A stretch of DNA of 64,000 nt from Paraspadella gotoi (lineage: Eukaryota; Animalia; Chaetognatha), in NCBI GenBank assembly GCA_051294375.1, contig CM119265.1, positions 16,684,005 through 16,748,004 on the forward strand, written 5' to 3'. The notes beneath the pieces were generated by a model. It saw only the letters and a program-made list of their open reading frames with translations, searched no databases and was not told the origin of the DNA. Below are positions 29,301 through 43,008 of the stretch, one piece after another; within the stretch, counting starts at the first letter, position 1; each line of letters starts with the position of its first letter. Made by a program: the position numbers and the translations under genes.

Positions 29301-32300
29301 TATAAACATATAAATTATAATTTAAAAAAAATCAAATGAATGGATAATTTTTATATTGGTTGTACCAATTTCATATATTTTGCATATAATATGTTTTGAA
29401 AAGAATGTTTTTCTTCTCGCCATTTCCTTACTGTAAAACCGTTTAATTTTTTTTCCTTTTAAGTTTTGAAATCTAACTTTGAAAACACTTTGACCAAAAA
29501 GCGAAGTTCTCCTTCCGGTTCATCTTAGTGCGAATCTGGATAAGTAATACAGAAGGCCTTTGGCCTCTTATTATAAAATGAAATCGGGTTTTTTTTCTGA
29601 CCAGACACGGTTGTGACCACACTGCTCGACCCATGAGACGAGATATAGGTCCCCCAGGGGATCATCAGTCATCACCCATGGTCAAAATCACATTTATTAC
29701 CAACAAAAAATAGTTTACCCGAATTTTTATGTTCATGCATGAGCATCATTCGTTCATGCCGGATTTGGAATAAATCGGGAAAGTTGGGAGAAAAACGATA
29801 AACCATGCATCTCAAATGTTTTTTTTATTTGTATAAGACTTGATGCTACAAAAAATTATAATTAACCCCTGGGGTCCCGACCCGGGTCCCTGTATCTCCT
29901 CTCAGGGGTTGAATATAAAAATTTACCTCGATAGTTTTATTTATTTAGTTATAGGATTCTATATGCAAACTTTCATAAAATTTCATCAGGTAGTTTGGTG
30001 GGAACCGAGTCTGGTCAGAAAAAAAAAACCGATTTCATTTTATAATATGAAGCCTTCTGTATACTTTCAATTGTCATTCAATTTCTTTCATAACCAGTAC
30101 CAATAGAACTATTCCAATAATTCTAATTTCGCTAAATAGTTTCCGTAAATATAGAAATAACCTCAAATCTTTCGGTAGTTTTTTCCACTTGAGTCATAAG
30201 TTTTTCCGCGAATCCTTGGGGATCGTGCAGGAAATGAAGAGCCGCCGCGTCAAAAGCATCCGATTTCTTTTTCTTTCTTTCTTTTGCCCTTAATTTTGTT
30301 CTGGCTCGATCCAATCGTTTTTTTCGCTTCTTTGTATGTTTTCCCACTCGATGAGCCAGGAGCATCTTTATAGTGGATAAAAATAAGCATATAACAGTTG
30401 TCTAATTTTACGAATACTTATTCTGACACGTGAAAAAAAGTACCTGTTGCTCATTTTTGTTCGGCTCATCGTCCTCGTCGCTGTTTTCGCTATCATTTTT
30501 GTCGTCATTATCTTGACCCAGAAAAAAGTGAAGGGCGGCAACGAGAACCTAATAATCGCGTCTAATTAAATTAATTTCAACCGGCGTCCTCGTTTCCCGA
30601 TTCAAGAAAAACCTTCCCTCCCCCCGGTGATTGATTGGGATAAACTCGCCTTTGTAATTGGTGAGAAGCAGGCAGTCGAGATGGCATTGACAGTCTTGGC
30701 GTCTCGCCAAACATTCTTTCGATAAAGTTCTTTCATGATGTCTAGCGAAAGTTTTACGGCTGTGCGATTGTTGTCACTTAACATAGAATACATGAAGTTC
30801 TGAAGAAAAAAATTGAAACTTCGTTAATTTTATTTTTTTACGTATATGTTAATTTAAGGCAAAGCACATTGACAATTCTTATTAGAATGCCATATATCTC
30901 AAACATAGATTTCAGAAAGGTTTCACTTCAAGAACGTAAACACTACATTAATGAAATTTTATGATCTTTTGAGCAGCCCTTATTCGTCCTTGAAAGTCCT
31001 TTAAAAAATGAAAGTGATTATACCAAAGTCTGGAGTCCGGTGTGGGTACAAAGAGCTGCTCGAGGGGAGCGGAAAACTAATATTTTGTTTCTTAAATCAA
31101 AAGCCGACAGGCACTAACTTCGCGGACTCGTTCTTTCCCTCCATCTCTCTCTCCCTTTTTCGCTTCCTACGAGATCGTAGTAGATTCGTACGAGCATAAA
31201 ATCGAGTGAACTGAACTCGTGTCACTCGACGTCGCAAAAGGCGTTTGGCCCGAATAGACGAAACAGACGAATTATATTTGCTCTCACTTCTCTGTCGAAC
31301 TCGATCGTTGCTGACATCAAAATCAACGAACTTTCGTGTCAACCGTTAAAATTTCCTCTTTTTGTTTTCGGTACAATGATACCAACAAAAGGTAAGAAGC
31401 TTCCTTTTTATTTAATATTCTTAAACAGTTTAAACGTTATCCGTATTTAAATTCAAAGATTGTGGAAAAAAAACTGCCTTCACTGAGGAAACCGATCGGG
31501 ACTACCTTTGCGGTTGGTTTTCTGTGAGGCCAAAGGCTTTACAAATCTTCAGAAATGCGAAATGGGCTTTGCTATTTTTGTGCTTGGGTTCAATTTTGGA
31601 AGGTCTAGTGGTAAACGGGATCGTAAATGTAGTTTTATCTACTTTGGAAAAGGTAGCAATTGTAAAGTATTAATGTTTTAAATTAAAATAAATTTAAAGT
31701 GAATAATATCTCCAGAGATTTAACCTGTCTTCAAGAGAATCTGGGCTCATTCGAGCAACTAACAGTATTTCCCAAATGATAGCAACATTCCCCATAAGCT
31801 ACTTTGGAGGGAAAGGATCGAAACCGAAATATTTGGGAATCGGAATCTTGAGCTTGGGCTTAGGTAAGGACCTTAAGTGAAAAATTCTAAATAACATTCA
31901 CAATATAAATGATTACCAAATTATAACACAACGTAGAAACTCAAATTCCCAATCTTTACCGAACTTTAGGGGCGCTTATTTTCACGACACCTCACTTTCT
32001 TAGTGACGTCTACTATCCAAGTGAAACAACTGAGGGTCTCGATTTCGTTCGGCTTTGTAAATCTCAGTGGAACAAATCGTCTGGGTTTGAGAGCAGGTGT
32101 ACTGCTATATACCGGTTAAAGTTAACAATTATTTATAATTTCACCCTTTTTATTCAGAAATAAAGAAAGTCACAATCACTTAAAGTATTTATTCTTCTTG
32201 GGTCAAATTCTTCATGGAATCGGTTCGGCACCTTTATGGACTATAGGGGTAACATATTTAGATGACAATCTTCCTTCAAAATCAAGTGCTTTGTACGTCG

Positions 32301-35300
32301 GTATATTTTACGCATTTGCTGTCATTGGACCGGCAATAGGCTTTTTAGGTGGTGGTCAGTTATTGAAGGTTGGTAACTCAATTTATATGATAGATACAAA
32401 AACATATATAGTTAACTAACCCTAGGGAAATTCACATACATCAAACATTTTTTCTTTAGATTCATACGGATTTTGACTATATTATAGATTCGCCTATAGA
32501 TTACAACCATCCTAATTGGGTAGGACTTTGGTGGATGGGATTTTTACTAGTTGGAATTTTAAGCTTCGTAGTAGGGTATACTCATCTTCATAATAAAAAT
32601 ATTGCTCCTGATTTCAGAATCTTTAAATTATCAGCTCTACATTATTTTTGCAGGATCATTTTGTTGTCTTTCCCATCAAAGCTACCTGGATGGGAAAGCA
32701 TTCAAAAACAGAAGTTTGCCGAAGCCCAGCACCTGGAAAAGCATACATTTATTAAGCCCGATAAAACGTTAACAAAATCTCAAAATATTTTTCATAGAAT
32801 ACTCAAACCATTGTGGACTGAAATAAAAATACTATCCACAAATTACACTTATCTTTGTATTTGCTTTAATCAAACGACTGAGGGATTAGTTTTTGCCGTC
32901 TTTTCTGCGTTTATGCCGAAATTTTTAGAATCCCAATTTTTACTTTCTGCCTCTGACGCCGCATTCTACGTCGGAATAATCGTTGTATTTCTCGGCTCGT
33001 TTGCAATGGTAATGGGTGGCTGGATAGTGAAACAATATAGCCTCGGTTGCAAAGCAATTTTACTGCTCATTACATTTACGTCGTTGCTGCAACTACCCCA
33101 GGTGCGACAATAAAGACACGGTTTAAATTTTGGTATATTAACAAATTAACTTCTACAGATAATGGCGTTCCTATTTATGAGATGCGATGACGGTTTGTTT
33201 GCAGGAATAGATTATCCTGTTCAGTACAAACCGGTAAGCAGTTCAATTCACTATTTACAGCAGAAAATGACCTAATTTGAAATATTAAATCCAATCAATA
33301 ATTCTAGGAACATATCCCTTCTTTAAGTGAAAACTGCAATGCAAACTGCAATTGTGGGGATAAATTCGATCCTGTTTGTGGGTCCAACAATGTCCTTTAC
33401 TTCAGTGCATGCCATGCTGGTTGTAAAGATGAGAAAAAAGGCACCGGTAAAAACTTTGTTTTTAATTTAAAATTTCACTTATTTAAAATGGACTTGTTTT
33501 GTAGACCATACATATTACACAGAATGCTCTTGCATTCAAAATATCACGTTTGGCAATATATCCAAAGCGGAAAATGGGTTCGCAAAGGTCGGGAGGTGTG
33601 ACAGAGATCCTTTCTGCAATCAGAAGCAATTGTATCCCTTTCTATTCCTATTCGCTACTATTATTTTTCCTATGCTTTCTGCAACTGCGCCAGCAATGCA
33701 AGCAACACTTCGTTGCGTTCCAGCGAGGCTAACGTCAATTGCAATAGGGATTCAGGTAATACCGCTAACCTCTAACAATTACAGTAAGACAGACTAAGGC
33801 TAAGACTAAAAAGAGAAAAGCAGGAGGAAGACAGGGAAAAAGAAGGAGGCGGCCAGAAGCCTATGCTCTGATTCACGTACTTTAGTTTGTTTTCACTTTG
33901 TTTTTTCACAGTTGGTTATGTCAAGATCTTTAGGAGCCGTTCCAGGGCCACCCATTTTCGGCTCAATCGTTGATTCAGTGTGCCTTATAAGCCAAACCAC
34001 TGCTCAAGACGAAGGTCAGTATTAACTATGTAATACGTTTTAAGTAATAATTATTACGTGGAAGATAATTAGATAATGTGGACTCAATACATTCTTTAAA
34101 TTCAAAATTCGTTGCAGAAAATGCTTGCGCAATCTATGATCAAAAGAATTTGGGATTACTCATGTTTTTTATTGCGGTTACATGGAAGTTTTTTTCTTTT
34201 TTATTTATTTTTGCAGCTTGGTTCTTTTATAGATCTTTACTCATCAGGTAAAAAAAGAGAGAAATGATCACGTTTATTGTGTATGTAAATAGGATGTAGG
34301 GTTTCAGTTAACTTACTTTTCCCAGAAACCAAATTCAACAAAATGAAAAAGATAACGAAGAAAAAACCGATCAAACGTACGAAGAAAGGAGCGACTACAG
34401 TACCCAACTATAAAAAACTTTACAATTTTGAATTTACCTGAAGTTGTGTATTCACAGAGTTTTGTTTTCGTTTCGCGTTCATTGTTTTTATATCGTTGAT
34501 TATATGAGAATAAAGAGCTTTTCTTAACTCTTTATCTTGGCAACGAAACAACTTGAAAAACAATTCCAGGATGACCCCTATGAGAAATATAAAGAAGTGA
34601 ATTTCAAGCATATTTTATCACAATCTAGGCCAAGTCAAACAAGAAGTAGTTGTGTATAACTCTCCAATCTGCAATCTTTTTCCCTATTGCTTGGTCTTAA
34701 ACATACACAAACATTACTATTTCTCCTTCCGTTATCTTTTAACCAACATTCATTCACATAAACAATTCCGCAATATTCATACCGTTTATCCACATTTACT
34801 CACAAATACAATTTTAAAATATTTATACCAAAACTAAACTATACACACTTACGCATTTAATAAAATTCTGTTATTGTCTCAACTTTTGTCCTGTAACTTC
34901 TGACTTGACTCAAATTTAACAAAAAAAAAAAAAAAGATAAGCGCTTAAGCTATTTTTATTTTTAAGCCCTTATATTCAAACTTCCCCAATGTCATGAAAG
35001 TAATTTTTATTACCAGGTTGAATGAGACCTTTCCCACGTAAAAGCATTAAAGCTCGGCACATTGTAAATCTTAATTGAGAGTGAATGTTAGCCGAGTGTT
35101 GATTCAATATTTCCTTGAGTTCGTTAGGAAATTCTATCAAAACTTCCGGATAACAATGCGCCACCTGAGGACAAGATCAGATCTGAACTTAGGAGTAAGA
35201 ATTGCAATAGATAATTTCAAAAATAAAACCTACTTGAGCCATGAAGGTAATCATTTCGGCTAATTCTTTGGACTCGACATCTGGCTTGATGAAAAATATC

Positions 35301-35428
35301 TGCAACAAAGCTTGATAATGCCGATATTGTTGATGAAACTCTTCTTTGTAAGCATCTTTGTCTCTCTTAATCAGATTTTGTAGCTGAGGTAAATTAATGG
35401 GAAGCCTGTTATGGTTTTTGTCTCCCAT
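26374..35428 (-). CDS. SDAD1: SDA1 homolog (60S biogenesis), ~8 exons; largest intron hosts a nested gene
   Basis: [73 protein letters not shown], acidic tract. Confidence 0.93.
29550..30059. mobile_element. MITE of the same TIR family as 9675-10250, in an SDAD1 intron
   Basis: TA-flanked ends CAGAAGGC...TATTATAAAATGAAATCGG(T)nCTGACCAGAC and its inverse ending GCCTTCTG. Confidence 0.8.
31376..34413 (+). CDS. Organic anion transporting polypeptide (OATP/SLCO, family 4-like), multi-exon, nested antisense in SDAD1 intron
   Basis: [65 protein letters not shown], Kazal-like [37 protein letters not shown]. Confidence 0.9.
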
Positions 35429-35556
35429 GTTCAGTTTCGTTTATAACCTATAGAAACGCAAACATCGTAAACAATAAAATGAAATAAGGCAGAAATTTCA
35501 ATTATGTAATATGTAATTATGTATTTATTATTCAAACACTTTTTTGAAGAAAGCAA

Positions 35557-38406
35557 TTAGTCAGAATCATCGTCTTCCTCCTCGCCTTTCAGCCCTCCAA
35601 AAACCTCCTTGGGAATTGACGCCTTTTCAATCTCTATGCGCTTTCCTTTTTTCATAACAGGGGGCTCCTCTTCATTTTCTTCATCCTCGTCAATATCGAT
35701 CTCCTCTGGGTTGGCGATTGGTTGCACCCTCTCCTCCAGTTCGTCGTTGGACGTCTCTCCTCTCACGAACAAAATATTTCCGGTTTTCATCTTCTCTGCA
35801 GCGTTTTCTTTTCCGGCAGCTCTTTCTGCTTGTTGCTCCAGCGCTTTCATAGAATCGCCGCCGGAAGAAGCTGCAGCTGCTGCTGCATCACCCGAACCAC
35901 TCGCGTTGGCCAACATCTGGGCTGTCATGAAGTTAACTTGCGTGTTGAAGGTGGCTTGGACGCTACGTTTGATCCTCAACATTTCTCTGACGGTGTCCTC
36001 GTTGCCGTGAGCCACCTCAAAGGACTTCCACGTTTCCCAAAAGTCGGTAGCAACACGAGGATCGCACATCTGCGAGCAATGGGCGTAGATGGCTCGCCCG
36101 CGATCGATCTCTCCCAATTTGCGCTCAAGGTCGGCGAAACGCATGCACATGGTAGTTGCCTCTCGCGGCTGCAAAACTTCGATCGCTTTTTCGTAAATCT
36201 CCCGCGTGTATGTAACTCCATATATCTCCGCGGCACGCTTCAGATAAATATTAAACATTTCGTACTGCTCTTCTGGCAAAACTGAGGCCGGAGCCCGATC
36301 GTAAATAGCCATGGCGTGACGGGCCATTCCGTGCTCTTCCTCTAGTTTCGCATAAAGCAGGTAAAGTCCTTTCGCAAATTTCGGCGGGACGTCAGCGAGA
36401 CATTGCTCGAACAAATCGCGAGCGCGTTCCAATTTTTTGCCGCCGTAACGACCAATGAATTTTGTCAAGTAAGTATTCCAGATGTCGTAAACGTTGGGCC
36501 AACGGAAGAGGGACACACCCTTCTCGTAGGCTTTGAAGGCTTCTTCAAAGTAATGGTTTTCCTCCAGGAATGTCCCGAAGTTCATGATAATCTGCGGAGT
36601 GGCGATGCGTAGTTCGATAATTTTATCATAAACAGCCTTGGTGGTTTTGAACGTTCCGAACGATTCTTCAAGGTCCGCGTATAGCGACCACAGCTTCAAA
36701 TTTCTGTAGATCCTATTTTGGACGGGTTCCGAGGCATCGTGGTAAGCGGCTCTCGTCTCAGGGAGCGCGGTGGCCCGCCTCATCAGCTTGAGCGCGTCGT
36801 CGTAATTCTCGTGGCGAATCTCCATTTCCGCCCACTCGCTCCAGACGGCCGCCAAATCGTCGACCTGTTTGAAATTGACCAGAATCGCCTTTTCGAAAAT
36901 TATCCTGGCGTCGTCGATTTGATCGTGTTCCTCATAGAATTTTGCGAAGGCCACCCACAAAGTGTTCAGCTTGCCGGTAACAAGAGTAGGATCTACCGTT
37001 TGAACGGCTTCGGTGAAAGTGGCGATCTGCTCGTGAGGTTTTCCTTCGTACAATTTGACGCGTTTGAGCCACTCGGCGACATTGTGCGGGTTTTGCCTGA
37101 GAAGCACGCTGTTAAGCAGCAAGGGTCGTCGATCCATAAGATCTTCCAGTCGAGCGAGGCGCATTTCTAACTCGTTGTCGATCTCAGCCTCATCCTCGGC
37201 GCCGACGCTTTCCATACGGCCGCTGATGACGCCTTCCTCAAACTGGGCGTAAGCGTCGAAGACTTGCGTAAAGTCACGAACGGTAGTCACCGTCTGAATG
37301 GCTTCCTCGTAGACGTCGCGAGCCTTTTCGAAGTTTGCGTTACGAGTGTAGTAATCGGCGAGAGAATTCCACAAGAGACCGATTTGATCCGTAAATCGTT
37401 TTATTCCTTGGCGGATAATAGCATCCACGCGCAGAGACTTCACCTACGGTGACCAAGAACTTTTTTTAAAATTTTCAATCTCAATTAGAAACCATAAATA
37501 ATAATACGTCCAAAAAGAACTGACCTTGTCAGGGTTTTTCGTCATCAAGTCACAAAGGTCGTGCCACAATTGATGCTTGCTTTTTCCCTCCTTTGACGTG
37601 AACTTTTCGTCGTTGACGATATCGCCCATTTTGACAGCAGCCTCGTCAAGGCGATCGCTGGCTACAAGGTACTGGATAAACTCTTCGGCATCTTCCGGAC
37701 AAAGCTTCATGTAGCGTCGATAAACACGCAGACCTAGACTCAAATAAACCACATTCATAATTAACAATTAAACAATAGCTTATTAAGGTTTGTTACCAGT
37801 TTCCGGTATTTTGTGCCTCTTAATGAATTTAATGTATAGGGGCCATATGCGCCTATGTTGAGTGAGCGGAAGCGCACGCAGAGCCCGATCGAAAGTGTGA
37901 CGCGTGTACGTTATTTTTTCTTGAGAAACGAGAAACTGACAATACTCCATCCATATTCTTGGCATCTGTGAAAAATTAGTACTTAGTTATATGCTCACTT
38001 AAATCCAATAATTTCAAGTGCATTTCCGACCTTGTGCATGAAAACGAGAGCCCGTTCGTGCGCATTGTTAACTTCCTCGAAAACTGGATCCGTGATACAT
38101 CGATTCTTTATTTGATTACGCCGAAGTTTTAGGTAACTGTACCACAGCTTGTAAGATCCCGGGAGCTCTCGCAAAGCACGCTCGTAAACCTGATCGTTAA
38201 GTAAAACGATACAATACACAAGAGAACGAGTATTAATAAGAACTTAAGTAACCTATATACCATACCATGTTAATAATGTTTGTTGGAGCGTCCTTCTTGT
38301 GTTCGATGTATCTAAACCAACACTTGATGGAGCAGGGATTCCGAAGAATTTCTTCCTCATAAGGAATATCATCCTCCTCGAAGATAATGTCCTTTTCCTC
38401 ATCCAT
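35557..38406 (-). CDS. XAB2: Pre-mRNA splicing factor SYF1/XAB2 (HAT repeats)
   Basis: YEEEILRNP, YERALRELPGSYKLW, MPRIWMEYCQFL, LLRQNPHNVAEW, HGNEDTVREMLRIKRSVQA, NPEEIDI. Confidence 0.96.
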
Positions 38407-38525
38407 CGAAGCAACTTTTAAGTCTTATCTTAAGAGAAACAAAAATTAAGACAAGTTCAACGTAGTTACGGGGATGCAAAGAAATGAATGTTAAATCAAA
38501 ACGTGAAATCTGAAAACAAATGTTT

Positions 38526-41356
38526 CTAGCTGTCCTCGGACTTTTTTGCTCTTTTCTTAGGAGTTGGGTCTTCTTGAACGCTTTCGTCAACCGCATGTCT
38601 CTTATCGCCCGCCTTTTCCTCTTCTCCGTCTCCTTCGCGAAGCCAGTTGACGATCGCTTTAAAACCCTGAACCCCCATCAGCGCGTTGACGAGGGAGTGG
38701 AAAGTCGCTTTCTCGCCTTCTTCCTCAATCCACGTTTTAAGCATCTTGAGACAGTGCTCTTCCGGAGTGCCACCGTCGACCTCGAAGGCAGCCATTTCGT
38801 CCTCGGCGAAGTTGAGCTCGTGACCCAGTTTACGGTACAACTTACCGGTGGATTTTTCTGCGATAGCTTGTAAGAGTTCGATGGTGATGTCCCGTTCCAT
38901 CCAAGATTTTGCGTCCGCTTTTTGACCAGATTTCAACAGTTCGTCGTCCTCGTCGACATCGTCGGCAGCAGCACCGTGAACAGCGGTTGATCCGTCCGCA
39001 GCGGCGTCGTCGTCCAGTTCTCCATCTTCTTTCGCCTTTTCTTCGGAACCGCCTTTCTGCAATCGCGATGCAAAGTCTTTTCCGACCTTGACAATGAGCG
39101 CCTCCAGACCTTGACTCAGCTTTTTGTTTTGTTGGTTTTGGTTGGAAGGAGGAGCCCAAAAAAGGTGGCTCTTGCGAGCGAGAAGGCGTAAAGCCCGCCA
39201 ACACCACCCTTGGTCGTTAACGAGTTTGTACTCGTCTTCAATTTGAGCCTCGGGATCCGACTGAAAGAAAAAAATAAATTTTAATTAATAATTACCTAGA
39301 CCAATGAAATAAAATAATTTTGGAGCGAACTAACTTTGGAGCCTACTTCCCTGTTTTGTATTAAAAGTTTTATCCAAAAATTTCATTCTACTATTTTCAA
39401 GAGAGCAATGAGGACAATTTAAATTTCCATATTACCTGCTCAACGGCCTCTTCCAAAAACGATTCGAGGGTGGGTAAATAAATTCGGTTCTCACTGGCGC
39501 AAGCTTTTAAATTATCGGGTTCCAAGTTCCAAAGCCTCGTCAATTCGGCAGCACCCATTTTTATCGTTCCATCACCTGAGTAGAAAAAGAGCTACGTATA
39601 AGCAAGAGCAAAGGTACTCAGATTTAAATCCAGGATCACGCCGCGCGACCTTCCAAAATATCTTCTCCCATAGGTTTTTTCCTCGGTTTTCGAATAATAG
39701 GGACGGCGGCGTTGATTTTTCCCTTGTCGAAAGGAGGACATCCTTCGTTCTTCCAATTGTTCCAAAATTCCTCCCTCGACAAAATATGTTTGACGGACTC
39801 GGCAAACTGCTCGCCGTCTGGTGGAGTTTCCTTTAAAAATAACACGATTAGAAGGGACGCGTTCATCATACAATCCCACATCGTATCTAAATTTATAACT
39901 TACCTTAAGAAGGGAATAAACTTTTTCAGTCAAGACTGTCACCGCGGCATCCTGCTCTTCGTTGAGAACAAGGTTGGGCAACTTAAACTTGACCGGCGCG
40001 TTAAGATATTGAAACACAATGAGAAGCTGCAACAGGATGTTTCGTCGAAAAGTGGAATCGTTGAGTTGAAGGTCAAGCAGCTTCTCGTTGGTCAAATACT
40101 TGGCAAAATAAACGTCATCGGTAGACCTGTCGGCCGTTCTGCTACTGTTCACTTTTACATCGTCGAGTTTAAAGTTTTCAAAGACCTTTATGACGGCAGA
40201 GAGGTGACTGGAGAACAATTTCCAGTTGTTTTTGTCGTACAATTTGGTGGGTCTGTTGAAAAAGTCTTGAAGAGACCAAAACTTGCGGTATAGGGCGTAA
40301 TCGACGACGTTATCGGCGTAGTTCTTCTTCGGTTCGTCGACGACCCCGTCGTCTGCGGCGGAATCCAACTCTCCCTCCTCTTTTTTCGCCGTTGTCGTCG
40401 GGGTTTCGCTCTTTGAACTGTTGTAGATCGTTTTGTTGTCGATGTTGAATTGAGAAACGAGGTTGAGCCCGGACTTCTCCTTCAGCGGAAAGAGGTGGGC
40501 CAAAAAAAGTTGAATACGACCACAGAAAATCGTGTTCTGTGAGCGGGAGAGTCGACGAAGGAGGTCGTTGCACATGCGTAAAAGGTAGTTCTTGCCCTTA
40601 TCGAAGAAGACCTCGTGCTTCCAAGTGTCGACGTGATCTTCGACGAAGCGAAAGAAGGGTTCGCAGTCGGGCAGCGGAGAAGTGTCGAAGATGTCGGACA
40701 TCATAAGGAACGGGCAGAGCGGCGAAGCCATGTTCTGCTGGACAGATTGGATGACAAGTGCCATCAGCTGGCGATAAGATTCCTGCTTATTTTTGGTAGA
40801 ATCTTTGGAACGTAGAATCTGGTCCAGACAATCGCGAAAAGCCTATAAAAAATTCAGGTGGGAGATGGTAAGCCTACTAAGGTCCTTTAGTAGTGGATAT
40901 TTATTACAAAATAGTGTTTGGTAATATAAGAACAAAAAATTCGAATCTATGTTGAGTTTCGCAAGAAAAAAAAAGTTCTGAAACTCATGTAAAAATTTGT
41001 AAAAAAATTATTACTCATTCTTTACTTGAAAAATTATTACTATACAATTATTATTATACAATTTTAGCTCTCATTTGAATGCCATGTGGTATATACTGTT
41101 TCCACTATTGGTTTAAAAAATGAATAAAACATAATTTTGTCATAAAAAAATATTATGATTATGAGGACCCGCCCTCATGCTCTACCTGATCCATGGCCGT
41201 CTTTTTCTCACTCTCCGACACTGATTCCAAAACCTCGTAAGAGGCTTGAAGAGGAGACATCTCAAGTTCCGATCTACCTTTAGAAACTTCCAAGCAATCT
41301 TGCATAGATTCTGAAAATTTTGATCTCATAGCCACGAAGCCCATTGCGCTAGCCAT
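38526..41356 (-). CDS. THOC1: THO complex subunit 1 with C-terminal death domain
   Basis: [78 protein letters not shown]; death-domain-like tail. Confidence 0.95.
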
Positions 41357-42064
41357 CTAAAGAAAAAACAAACAATTTTTAAGCATAATAGATATAAAAA
41401 TACGAAAACAAAGTACGAGTGGGTTCGAACGAAATTTATCGCAAAAAATATTTACTAAATTAAAAATTATCAGCGACATTTTAATTTTTTTTGTAGGGTT
41501 AGGCCATGAATGTATGTGGCATGCTAAAACGACTACAAAAGAGGCGCCTTGCTCTATCGTTAAAAACGCAATTTTGTTTAATGATTGCATGAAAAAGGGC
41601 AAAAATATTTTCGAATTATGTATTGTGATCCACGTTGATCCAGATTTAAGAATTTTCTTAATTATTCCCCCGGGCCCCCGAGTGGTAACTATTGTTTCTT
41701 TTCATTGATAAATATACGTATGAACATTCCCACTTTATTAAATTTTGAATGATTTTAAAAGAAATCTGATAAAGCACATCTGGAATGGCTTTAAAAGAAT
41801 TTAGCGATATCATGGCATAACGATAGCAAGATGACGAATCATGATTTTGAACATCAAAGACTGGAACTCATGCCCAAGTTATGAAAATTAATAAAAATCA
41901 AGTTTAACTTTATAACTAGGGCTTGTCTCTAAGCCTTCAAAAGCGGAACGTTACAAAATGAAGATTATATATGGCCTCAGACGTGAGTAGAACCAAAAAA
42001 ATACATTCACGCACTTTTTACATTAGATTCCACAAAAAAAGAATAAAAACTACTGGTTGAGAAT

Positions 42065-42685
42065 TCACACATCGATTTTAACATCAATCCCGCTTCCACT
42101 GGCTTCCCCTTCGTCAGTAAGTTCGCCCGTTGCTCGTTTTTGTTTCTGACGCCTATTGCAAAACCACACCCTAACGACTTCGCGGTCGATCCCCAAGGAT
42201 TCGCTGATTAGATGGAGTTCTTCGGAAGTCGGTCGTGGATTCGATTTGAACGCTTTCTCGAGCGAGACTTTGACTTTGTTCTCGATCGAAGTGCGCTTTC
42301 GACGGCGAATCCCGCCTCCGAGCGGGCCCAACTCGCCGCGAGCGTACGAGACGGCGACTTGCGGGTGTTTGTCCTTGGTTTCCGCCTCTTCGAGCCACTT
42401 TTGAAGAATCGGCTTCAACTTACACATGTTCTTGAAGGAGAGGTTAAGAGCTTCGAAGCGGGAAACCGTGGTCTGTGAAAAGTCATTTCCGTAGAGTTGA
42501 CCCAAGGCCAACCCGACGTCGCCCTGCGTGAAGCCGAGTTTGATTCGCTTCTGTTTAAACATTCGTGCGAAATCCTCTAGTTCCTCCAAGTCGGGAGTTT
42601 CTTCCTCGGGGGGTTCGCATCGTGTGATGATGGCGACGTTGAAGGCTCTCTCCCGAGAATCGCCATCTTTGGCGCTTTTCATCAT
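42065..42685 (-). CDS. Compact POU class II (Oct1/nubbin-like) transcription factor
   Basis: [27 protein letters not shown]...[28 protein letters not shown] (class II) and homeodomain [12 protein letters not shown]; true N-terminus uncertain. Confidence 0.88.
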   Translation of the reverse strand: MMKSAKDGDSRERAFNVAIITRCEPPEEETPDLEELEDFARMFKQKRIKLGFTQGDVGLALGQLYGNDFSQTTVSRFEALNLSFKNMCKLKPILQKWLEEAETKDKHPQVAVSYARGELGPLGGGIRRRKRTSIENKVKVSLEKAFKSNPRPTSEELHLISESLGIDREVVRVWFCNRRQKQKRATGELTDEGEASGSGIDVKIDV

Positions 42686-43008
42686 AGTTTTAGCTTTGAA
42701 ACTCGCGATGATTGCGCGATTTTCATTAAATCTTTCAATTCGAGCCTAGAACAAAGTATTAATAAAAAAAGTAGCCTCAGCCTCAGAGTTATAAATAAAA
42801 GAGTATGTATGATAAAAAACCTTAAAATTTAAATTTGATATTTACGGAAAAATCTAACGAAGCTTTAGGTTGTTTTAAAAGTTTTAAGTGACAGCTTTAA
42901 AATATTTAATCCTTAACTTAAGAGAGGATATATGAACTCAACACGAACATTTTCTTTATGACAGAAAAGAAGACAAGACATGGAAATCAAAAGGGTTTCT
43001 CCCACAAA

